Shown in pieces: positions 40,424 through 50,616 of a stretch of DNA of 64,000 bases. This DNA is from Orbicella franksi (taxonomy: Eukaryota). The notes under the pieces were generated by a model. The model searched no databases. It was not told the DNA's origin and worked only from the letters and a program-made list of their open reading frames with translations. The position numbers were made by a program, and so were the translations under genes. Each line of letters starts with the position of its first letter. The stretch's first letter is position 1. The stretch covers positions 20,460,001 to 20,524,000 of the forward strand of contig OZ116712.1 in assembly GCA_964199315.1 (NCBI GenBank), given 5' to 3'.

Positions 40424-41041
40424 ATGTCTATTATGGAATACAATGGCGCTGCCATCATAGCGATGGTTGGTAAAGATTGCGTCGCCATTGCGGCGGATCG
40501 TCGCTTGGGAATTCAAGCACAGACGTTGTCTTGCGACTTTCAGAAAGTCTTTCAGATGGGAGATAAGCTGTTTCTCGGTCTTCCCGGCTTGGCGACAGAC
40601 GTGCAAACCGTTTCAAACCGGCTAACGTTTCGCAAGAATTTGTACGAGCTGCGAGAAAGCCGTCAAATCAAGCCTAAAACTTTCATGAGTATGGTGTCAA
40701 ACTTGCTCTACGAAAGAAGGTTCGGGCCATATTTCGTGGAGCCCGTGATTGCGGGTTTAGACCCGAAGACCAACGAGCCTTACATCGCGGCGTTAGACCT
40801 GATCGGGTGTCCGATGGAGACGAAAGATTTCGTGGTGAGCGGCACTTGCTCGGAGCAAATGTACGGAATGTGCGAATCCCTGTGGGAGCCAGATCTGGAG
40901 CCTGATGACCTGTTTGAGACCATCTCACAGGCGCTGATGAATGCTGTGGATCGTGATGCTGTCAGTGGCTGGGGTGGTATAGTGCATGTGATAGAGAAAG
41001 ATAAAATAACGACACGGACACTGAAAGCAAGGATGGACTAG
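40424..41041 (+). CDS. PSMB3: 20S proteasome subunit beta type-3, intronless, 205 aa
   Basis: Uninterrupted [34 protein letters not shown]...[16 protein letters not shown]...[30 protein letters not shown]. The true start is ATG 40424; the track ORF extends upstream from a non-ATG codon. Confidence 0.98.
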   Translation: MSIMEYNGAAIIAMVGKDCVAIAADRRLGIQAQTLSCDFQKVFQMGDKLFLGLPGLATDVQTVSNRLTFRKNLYELRESRQIKPKTFMSMVSNLLYERRFGPYFVEPVIAGLDPKTNEPYIAALDLIGCPMETKDFVVSGTCSEQMYGMCESLWEPDLEPDDLFETISQALMNAVDRDAVSGWGGIVHVIEKDKITTRTLKARMD

Positions 41042-41089
41042 ACTGTTTCTGAAATAGCTGAACACTGCTGACTGTGCTAAATTAACATA

Positions 41090-41273
41090 CATTGGAATCC
41101 CGATTTCTCAAACCCTCAGTTTTTCAAACGTCCCGATAACTTGACCAAAAATGTGTTTCCCCTGCTCAGTCAAGCACTATAATGTTCCCCCCCCCCCCTG
41201 ATTTCTTGAACTATTAGATTTTTCAAACCAATTTTCGCTTCCCTTGGAGGTTTGAAAGATTGGGATTCCACTG
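41090..41273. mobile_element. Tc1/mariner-type MITE 48 bp downstream of the PSMB3 stop
   Basis: TA|CATTGGAATCCCGAT ... ATTGGGATTCCACTG|TA: imperfect TIR with TA duplications. Confidence 0.7.
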
Positions 41274-41665
41274 TACTGTCTTGTGAAGATAAGTATTCAA
41301 ATGCCTTTTACTTTCAGCTGGCTCAGAATTTGCAACCTTGACAGGTGAAGACTAAGTGTGTTAATTTCCATGAACCTTTAACATCATGCAAAATTTTTGA
41401 AAATCATAAGTAGAAGGCATTAGGGTAATTTGACAAGAACCTTAGCTATTGCGTGAAAACCCTCTGTAGTCCCCAAGTCGTTCCCCAAGTTGATAACTGT
41501 CCATAATGCATTGACTAAGAACTTTTTGACAAGACTAATAAATAGTCCCCAGTGTGTTGTTTATTGGATCCCAAATGTCTGGTGTTCAGGTGTTATTATG
41601 AGATGACTGTTATTGCCAGTGCTTTTTATAAAAATACTCACTACATGTATATGGCAAGAACCTGA

Positions 41666-41899
41666 GGAGCAAGGATGGCACAGTGGTGAGAGCACTGGCC
41701 TTCCTGGGTTCAATTCTGGCTCAGTGCCATATATGGGTTGAGTTTGTTGATGGTTCTCGCGTTGCTCCAAGGGTTTTTCTCTGGGTTCTCTAGTTTTCCT
41801 CTCTCCACAAAAACCAACATCTCCAAATTCCAATTCAACCAGGATAGAGAACCCACATGAAAACCAGCTAAGGTGGATGTAGCTCTCTCTAAATATTGT
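41666..41899 (+). mobile_element. tRNA-derived SINE (second family)
   Basis: A-box TGGCACAGTGG (41676-41686) and B-box GGTTCAATTCT (41707-41717), then core tgggttgagtttgttg...gggtttttctctgggttctctagttttcctc. Confidence 0.7.
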
Positions 41900-42965
41900 A
41901 ACTGTTTTATGTTATTTGGCCGAATCCTTGATTGGCTACCTGAGCAGGCAAGATGGGGCTATGTTTCCTGCAGTGTCCCACAATCAGGGATGAAGCTAAG
42001 AGCCAGGTACTGGCTAAATTCTGCAGCTCTTAGAGATCTTACACTAGTTGAAATTTCACTAGGAAACAAATGTCTGGTGGGTAATGTTGCAGACCAGAAA
42101 AGCAACCCGAGTTTATTAATGAACTTGCTTAGATCTTTCTTTGTTATATCCCACCTTCATGCCACATAGTGATTTCATTGAAAAAAACAAGAACTGGGCC
42201 ACGCCCATTATCCAGATGGGTTGATTTTATGCTTGCTAATAGCCCAGATGTCTAGCACTTCTCACTGAACTGCAAAAATCCTGGTGGGATGTGAATGGAG
42301 GCCTCACCCGGGAGCTGAAGTGAGAAGTACAGTGAGCCAATAGTGCATTGGGAAACTTACGTCTCCAATCCCATGCAGACTATGCAAGCTGACCTAGGAG
42401 CAAAATTCCGCACGACAGTGTGTGAAATCCATGACCAACTATGATACAGAGCTTTGGTTTCCTAAAACCAACTTTTGACCAGAAAGTCAGGCTAATGGGA
42501 ACTTATCAGTGCTTAGCCACCACCTGTCTCCACTCCCCTGAAAAAGCGTTACCACAAACGGTTTTCCCTGTCTAAAAGGAGATTTTGCAATTTTTTCCAT
42601 TGTGTATACATCACCAAGTGTCCTGCCGCAATTGGAAAAGAAGCAACTGTAACCTTCATTTTCAACTGACGTAAATCACAGAAAGTATACCCCTTCTGTT
42701 TGATATCATAAATTCACTATCTTTCAATGACTGTTGGTCGTGTATCGGATTTTTTTTTTTTTTTTGATCAGGACGCGTCTCTCTCAACCGAAAAAGCATC
42801 CTCGTTGAGAAACAGCACTAAAATGTCCCCGTTTCAACTGAGCCGACTTCAGACGTTTTCCCTACGGTATTCTATAAACAAAAACATACATACTTTATTG
42901 ATAAGTCTGTCAGTGTGGTTTCAGCGTGACCGACTCTTCGCGCATCTTCAAAGATCAATAGCTTA

Positions 42966-43328
42966 GGCCCCATCCACGCTGCGGCGGAGGAATTTGAAAA
43001 CAAAGCCTTGTTTCTACGGTTAGGTCTATCGTCCACACTAATCCGTCATAAAAACGGAGCTTTTCGAAAACGCTCTTGAAACCGAAGGAATTTGAAAAGG
43101 CCGGCTTTTCGTTTTCGTGCGGACGGAAAAAATTTTGAAAACGGAGCTTTTCGAAAACGATGACGTCACGATAATCACGTGATTTCCCTGACCGAGTTTT
43201 CCTCTAACACAAATCCAAAATGACCGGTGATTGTTGCGTTTTTAAATTCCTCCGGCGTAGTGTGGACGGAAAACACGAACCTCCGTTTTCATATTCCCAC
43301 GGCGTATGTAGCCGGTCTGTACGGGGCC
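42966..43328 (+). mobile_element. PIF/Harbinger-type MITE, copy 2
   Basis: tta|ggccccatccacgct ... gtacggggcc|ttc. Body is homologous to 29309-29682. Confidence 0.8.
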
Positions 43329-44837
43329 TTCAATCTTGCTTAGGAAAGCTTTCTTATGTGTCTTACTACAGTTGATTTCTTTAATTTTTTTTAGCAAGGT
43401 ACCAGTTCTCCTTATGAGGGGGCCGCTGTAATTGGCTAAGCTGTAGCGGCTCCCCTGGCAATTCTGTTTTGTTTTGCTGTCTGTTTTTTTTTTTTTTTTT
43501 TTTTTGCTTCCTCTTCTTTTTTCTTTTTCTTTATATGTAATAGAAGGCCAAAGCTTAATAAACAAATAAATAAATATGCTGGAATGCTTCACAAATATCT
43601 TAATATAAACCAAATTCCGAGAGATAAGGCGAGTACGTTATATCCACATGTTTTTGATATTTTATTACGTCTTTCTTGATGAAGTAACGCTAAAGGTCAT
43701 TTAGGACTCGGTGCTCCACTAGCGATTTCTCCTCACAATATCGAGGCAGTGTCCAGCTAGCAGGTGGCGAGAACAATGAAAACGATCAGCAAAAATAACC
43801 CGCAAACAAGAAAACAGTTTCCGAAACATTGTTGTGGAAAATCACCTTTTCGAACAAATTTACGTGATTTGCGCGTATTCGCAATAAATATGGTGTAAGC
43901 AAATTTTGTTCCCTTGAGGTAAAAATGATTCTGAGTTTTTTTTCAGAATTATCGCCTTGCTTCTTCCGTTTGCGCATCAAGAAAAAATTTTCACAAACAA
44001 TGTTTCTGCAACAATGTTCCTTAACGTTGCATCGCGTTTTCAAAACTAACCGTTGAAAGAAATACGTAGAATCAAATACCGGAATTATTATTCCGAGCTG
44101 CGGGCGCTGGAAGGGTTTTCAAATTACATTTGGTTGATGGTGATTTCGCGAAATGAAATGCGGAAACAAATTCAGCAGAGGAAATTGCCCGAAGCAAGCA
44201 GATAAAGAGAATTATCACGCAAGCAAATGCGTAATGTAGGTCATTAAAAGTGTATAGTTCAGCGAAGCAATTTCCTATATATCTAAAGTAAGCTAACAAT
44301 GAATTTTTACCTGAAAAGCTTCTACAGGTAACTCTATTGTAAGTTGCATCACTGAAGTAAAAAATTACCAAGGCAAATCAGAAACCCTCTATGATTCTGA
44401 TTATTCAAGATGCCACGAAGCCGGAATATGGAAAATTTCTGTTGTTTGATTTCAATGCTTAATAGAAAAGCGCTGAGTTGATCTCTTCTACTGTAATCTC
44501 CGTGGTACATTTTTTTTAGAAATTCACTCAGTTTTTAAATAAATACAAATCGAGTTCTTGTAGTGTTTAGGTTTATTTAATACTAGCTGACAGCATCCGC
44601 CATCAAATATTTGACTAAAGTGTTTTCTCTTTCAACGATTCATTGATCCGAATCATTTCTCAGAGTGATTTTCAAATTCTTGTCGCCAAACATTTCCCGG
44701 CTTCACAAATTTTCAAGTTATAATTCCTTCACTCCGCTTATGACAACAACAGTACTTATTTTAAAATCTTAAAATTCTGAGATCTAACTGGAGGTCACTG
44801 GAGAACCTGCAGCTGGAAAGATTTGAACCAATACATA

Positions 44838-45806
44838 TTACAATTCTAAATTTAGATCGATAGGGGAGTTGTCCAGGGCGAAAAATTTATGTTCAACTCG
44901 GCCATTCGGTTTAACTTTAACGACACGAAAACCTTGACTTTCTACTTCATCTGACTTTCCCAAAGAACTCGTTTGAATGATCTCTAATTCTTTGTCCTTC
45001 CCGACGCCATTTAAGAAACCGGCGAAAACGTATTTCGCGTTGGCTTCAACAAGTTTCGGGGCGATTTCTTGTCTGTCGCTAGAATCAATGTTTCCCAAAT
45101 CGTTCTCTTCGTCAATGGATTTTCTAAACCAGGGTATAGTTTGTAAAATAATTATTTGCTTGGGTGGGTTCACCTGGGATTCCAACAGCTTTGATTCCAG
45201 CCATTCTTGTTGTTCTGCCTTCAAATTTTCCGTCTCGGCGCTGGAGTGTTTGTAAAACGCCGTGTTCACGGCTAAAAATTGAACACCCTCTACCCAAAAA
45301 GCAAACCAGTCATCGCCAAAGGTATTACGATATGTCTCAAGGCTACCTAAGGTCGGTGGATCACCGCAGTCAGTCGGACCACAGACACACACAACCGGAA
45401 TTTCCGCGCTTAAATTCTCAAACGCGGACTTAAAACTCTCTAGCTGTGGAAAATATTCTTTCTCGTTCGGCTTCGCATTTGTATAATTTCCCTGCACCAG
45501 TAAAAACCTCGGTTTAGGTTTCATGTTGTTAAGAGCGCTCACGATTTTTTCCATGGTACGTTTTTCAGTCTCGCTGCTTTCTTCCGGGTGCGCGGCCGAG
45601 CCGAACTTCGGAGCAACAACTTGAACGAAATGAAACATTTCTTTGCAGGTGCCTTCACGGTATCTTGTAAATACAGGTAGCTTGTAATCTTTGGCTTTCA
45701 AAATTCGACTTTCCTCAGGAGTCTTTCCCGCTCTGCTCGCTTGATTCATTACCAACGCGTCAGGATGAATTTCCAAATTTAAGCCTAAGTTATCCGGACG
45801 AAGCAT
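44838..45806 (-). CDS. Intronless CPPED1-like calcineurin-like metallophosphoesterase fold protein with substituted metal ligands (probable pseudophosphatase), ~322 aa
   Basis: Open frame collinear with CPPED1-type proteins: LNNMKPKPRFLLVQG, IPVVCVCG, FGDDWFAFWVEGVQFLAVN, EQQEWLESKL, IPWF..SIDEE.D, VFAG, GFRVVKV. The start is ambiguous (ATG at 45881, 45806 or 45749). Confidence 0.85.
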   Translation of the reverse strand: MLRPDNLGLNLEIHPDALVMNQASRAGKTPEESRILKAKDYKLPVFTRYREGTCKEMFHFVQVVAPKFGSAAHPEESSETEKRTMEKIVSALNNMKPKPRFLLVQGNYTNAKPNEKEYFPQLESFKSAFENLSAEIPVVCVCGPTDCGDPPTLGSLETYRNTFGDDWFAFWVEGVQFLAVNTAFYKHSSAETENLKAEQQEWLESKLLESQVNPPKQIIILQTIPWFRKSIDEENDLGNIDSSDRQEIAPKLVEANAKYVFAGFLNGVGKDKELEIIQTSSLGKSDEVESQGFRVVKVKPNGRVEHKFFALDNSPIDLNLEL

Positions 45807-46349
45807 CTTCGTGTTCGACCGCCGCCGCTGGTTCGCAAAATTATGTCGTATAGTTTTTCTCCAATTCACAATATGAAACATATGGCTTTCGACACATGCG
45901 TACACTGTAATATGCAAATCCGTAGACTGATTAGCCTGTGTTTTGCAAAGATGTCAAACGTATGATTTAAATAATACGAAATACAACAAACCTACTCCCG
46001 CAAAGAAGGCTTATTTGAATAAGAAGGGCCCACATTAAGCTCCCTGTTTAAAGCGAAATTTTTCTACATTTGAACTTTTTTTTTGTATGTACACGGTAGG
46101 TATACGTATACTTGAGAAACGTGAAAAACTATCAGGACAAACGTCAATTATAAAGTCAAAATATTTGGAATGACAGTTTGGTTATTATATTCAAAATGAT
46201 ATGGAATTTAAAATGTCAATCATTTTGAGAACAGTTTTAAATATTTTAATATATACAGTTGAAAATCAGCCATTCATTATGCTTCAGTTAAAAATTATCG
46301 GAAAGAACTCTCATCTTGTTTCATAGATAGTGCTTTACGGGTGCTGCAA

Positions 46350-46726
46350 GGCATTGACCACACTACGTCGGAGAAATTTGAAATCGCAAATTTATCTCTA
46401 CGGTTAAGCCTACCGTCCACACTAATCCGTCAAGAAAACGGAGCTTTTCAACAACGCTCTTCAAACCGGAGGAATTTGAAAACGCCGGCGTTTCTTATTT
46501 AGTTTAAAAACTGAGATTTCTGAAAACGACGTATAGTCACGATAATCATCACTGAATCATGTGATTTCCCAGACCGAGTTTTCCGCAAACACGAATCCAA
46601 AATGACCGTTACGGTGATTGTTGCATTTTTTAAAAAAATTCCTCCGACGTAGTGTGGACAGAAAAACATTCGATGCGTTTTCCATTTTCCATTTTCAAAT
46701 CTCTCCGGTGTAGTGTGGTTGGGGTG
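46350..46726 (+). mobile_element. PIF/Harbinger-type MITE, copy 3 (more decayed)
   Basis: ggcattgaccacactacg ... tagtgtggttggggtg|taa. Body is homologous to copies 1 and 2. Confidence 0.75.
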
Positions 46727-47333
46727 TAAGAAACGAAATGCAAAAAATATTGACACGAGGTGGCTCATTCTTGCCGGAAAACACAAGAAACATCGGAAAA
46801 CATGAGTACCAGTATTTTTGCATATATAAACAACAGTCTCCATTTGGCGAGAAAAGATGCTCGGAAAACTGTTCGCTTCTTGGAACAAATAATGTCGGCG
46901 AACATTTATCCGAGCATATTTTCGCGCCAAATGGAGACTATCGTGTTTATTATCCTTCAATTACTTTTTGCAACACGCGCAGTTTTAAAAATTGAACAAT
47001 ATCGCTCTCATAGATTCCCCAGTTTTAGCTGGGACTTATTCAGTCACGTGATACGTTTAGACCAATCGCGCGAGAGCGAAAATTTTTGATGGATTATAAT
47101 CAATAAGAGGAAATCCTTAATTGCAGAAGAGTTGAAAAAAGAACTGCATTAAGGTCATATGCTTTTTAATGAAATGACAAACGAATTTCCAATATGGAAA
47201 AAAAAACAAGTCAACTGAATTAAAATATTGTTCACGCCGTGGAAAAATCAAGTTCTGAGTACAGTGAACCTAACGCAAGATCACTTTATAGTTTGTTTGG
47301 GAGGAAACAAAAGCACTTATATGTTTCCATGTC

Positions 47334-49626
47334 TCACTCCTTTTTGGTTTTGATATCATCCTTTTTACAGAACACACGACACAGGCATCGACATGCCAAA
47401 CGTATCACCATCACAACCATGACAACCACAGCAACAAGAAAAGCCATGACGTCAAGTAAGTAGAACTGATACCAAGGGATGTTAAACACTTGAGCTCTGA
47501 GGTGCAGGGCTCCACCATGTCTGAGTACATACTCTATCCAGTCACAGATTTCTTGAAGAGGTGTTTGTCGACGATCCTTTAACAGGCCAGAGATGTGCAT
47601 TGCTTTGCTCTTAAACCTAAAGATCGCAGAAAGTTTCAAGATACTCATCCCTTACTTATCCTAACGTGTAGTTAGGCAAATAATTTGGGCAATGTTGTCC
47701 GAATGTCGACACTAAAGTAGACAAGTAATCAATACAGCTACCTTGGTTCATCGATAACACGCTCGATTGTCTCAAACAATTGTTGGGCATTAATGCTTTT
47801 ACAATTCACAGCTAACCCAAGGCCAACATGTTCTGCTTTCTTTGCATTACTTTGCTGGTCTATGTACAACGGAAACGCCACCACAGGAACACCATGATAC
47901 GCCGACTCGTAAAGACTGTTGTGTCCCACATGGGAGACAAAAGCTTTGATGTCCTTGTGAGCCAAAAGATCACTCTGAGGTAACCAGTCAACTGCTCTGA
48001 TGTTTTTACTAAGGAATGATGGAATGTAACCTGCAGGAGAAGAGAGAGACTGGTGTCAACGATGTTGTTCACTCTAATGAAGGCCATGAGATGCAAACTG
48101 ACATCTTTAATTATTGATTATTGCAAGTAGCTCCTATGCTTTACTCACTATTTTAATTACCTTTAATTCTCCACACAACTCGCTGTTTCAGTTTCCCAAA
48201 CGCTGTAGCTAACATGTCTACCACCGGCTTTTGGAGATTTGAAGCCACGTTTGATCCAAAAAAAACGATGATAAAACCATGGCCCCCTGAATTACTGACA
48301 AATTCTTCTAAATCAGGGGGAAGAGGCTTAGGATCTTTGACATTCGGTGGTCCAACCATAACATTGCCTGTTGAATATACCCCCAACAGAAACATTAAAA
48401 CTATAATGATTCATAATTACTCATTTTGAACAATGCCCTCTGTCTCCACCCTCTTAACAGTTTGGCCCTCCCATCTCCACCCTCCTAACAGTGTGTCCCC
48501 TGTCTCTACCCCCCTAACAGTGTGTTCCCCACATCTCCACCCTCCTAACTTCCCTTTCTCTTACCTGGCAACAGAGGTTGTGCGCATTCCAAGGCAAAAT
48601 CTGCTGCTCATTACCAAGAGCTCCCTGGAAGGTTCTTTCTGAGTTAATGTTATAACTGACTTTCACTGCATTCATTGGTCTGTAATACACAAGATACATG
48701 AACAGCTTTACTCCGAAGTACGCTCCCAAATTCATTACACGTTCCATAAAATTCATTTTATCGGAAAATCCTGTTAAGAGCATTGGAACATAAGATACAG
48801 GCATTGGTACCATGTGGATAAACATAAAATCTGCAGATAATGGAAGAGGCAGAATTTCCACTCTTGGAATGTCAAAGCGTTCACCAAACATTGCTGCAGG
48901 GCAAGCTGCAAGACTGTCATAAACAATGATATCGACACCTTTCAGTTCCTCCTGTAACTCCGTGCTCTGTAAAAAACGTTCACACATGGTAATCTGTACC
49001 TCACCCATTTTCGTCATTAACTGTAACTTGCTTCCTTCAGTTTCACGCCATGCCACGCCATGTTCAAAGAACTCTGACTTGTATGGTACTTGGTAAATCT
49101 TGTGCTCTACTTTCTCACTCGGTTTAATTTTAGTGGTCGAGGGAACAACCAAAAAAGCCTAAAAGGCAGAAACACAACACACTAATTCCCATTACCTCTT
49201 TACAGGAGCCACTATGCCCTGGGGAGGACTCCATATGAAAAGGTCGCAGATGCTCGTCTTATCGCTTAGGACGAAACGCCATCAAGGTCAGGACGAAACG
49301 CCATTAATTTTAGATGTCAAAATATCTTTGAGGGTGCACTCGAAGAAAAAATAATAAAATACGGTAGGTTCGATTTAGGTCGATCCGCTCGAGTCCGACC
49401 TACTACCTCATCAGTTATTGATTTGTTTCACCCTTCTTATCTCTTCCTTATTACTGTGTTTGATATCAATAACTTGTATTATTGTTTTAAATAAATATTG
49501 GATGACCTTCCATTGTAGGCCTTGTATTAATATACCGTGAGCCTTCAGTGGCACAGAAACCAGCAAGCGTGCCGGTAAAGCTGAGTTGAACGCTAATAAA
49601 AGCCTAAGTAGTGAGAAAAACACCAT
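47334..49626 (-). pseudogene. UDP-glycosyltransferase copy A, frameshifted (pseudogene or null allele)
   Basis: Same five-exon layout as copy B: degenerate exon 1 from ATG 49626, then 48565-49158, 48161-48367, 47742-48030, 47334-47616. Exon 2 is 594 nt versus 610 nt in B; the 16-nt deletion near 48610 gives a stop in exon 3. Exon 1 has a 1-nt deletion (GCA CGC -TT GCT GGT TTC) and I found no donor matching that of B. Confidence 0.85.
48437..48548 (-). repeat. ~30-bp G-rich minisatellite, about 4 units, in UGT-A intron 2
   Basis: Units such as ggagggtggagatgtggggaacacactgtta on the minus strand, homologous to 52771-53070. Confidence 0.8.
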
Positions 49627-50616
49627 TCTTGTTGTTCGTACAGGAACAACTTGGCATGTTCCGATTGTGCTCGGCAACCTTTTGAGCAACTTTTGGCGTT
49701 TGAAGCAACTTTTTGCGGTTCTAGCAACCTCGAGCAAGTTTTGCCTTTCTGGGCAACTTTTGAGCAAACTATAGGTACAGAGGACATATCAAGCTTGAAA
49801 AAGTCAACGATTTCATAGAAAACTTCAATTTATGCGAATTCCTTGAATGTTTATCAACCTTTTGAAGTATATAGTACACAAAACCTGTTACCTGACAACG
49901 CTTCACAGGCCTATTGTTTTGTTCCATTAGACCATAGTTTATAGAGGAAAATGATTAGGAAGGCCGGTAAACATCAAAGAAGCAAACAAACAGGCTAAGA
50001 TTTATGATGGAACGCCCCTTAGTTGACCCTGCCCATCCTTTGTTTTATGCTCATGTGGACTATGCATGAATTACATAACCGTTTTGCTTCTATTGGTTAG
50101 TTGTATGAGCACACATAACCACCTTTTGTATTTTGGCAGGTTTTGTGCAGGGTCAACTCCCAAAAGAGCAAACAAAAACATAAAACAAAGAACTTTGCCA
50201 GGTTTCCTAACCATTTCCCTCTGTTAACTATGGTTAGAAGTGAGAGTGTCCTTAAATTTCGCTAAGTTTCAAGCTATTTTCCTTGACCGATGTTAGCTCT
50301 TACTGCGAAGAAAGAAAAATAAATCTTTTTATTAACGTTTATACAAACTGAATATCATGAAATTTAAGCAACAGCTTTTGAAATTTAGGTAGCAAGTTAT
50401 TGGATTTTTGGCAATGTTTTAGAAACGTTTTGACATTCCAGTGAGCAACTTTCCAGCATTTTACGAGAAAAACAGAGATAGGCCTGGGAACGACGTTGTA
50501 TCGAAGTGTGTGCTAGAGTTCTAGTCACGCAATCTTTAGAGTGACGAAAGTAAATAATTCATTTAAATATAATATGGTAATTTAGTACCTTCCTGAGTTG
50601 CCTGTTTACAGCCAAG

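Noticed and set aside
41950-42960. Exon-like splice signals on the minus strand (e.g. ctag|gtcagc...gagac|gtaagt at ~42355-42395)
   Set aside because: I could not join them into a meaningful reading frame or recognise any protein. A lncRNA cannot be supported from sequence alone.
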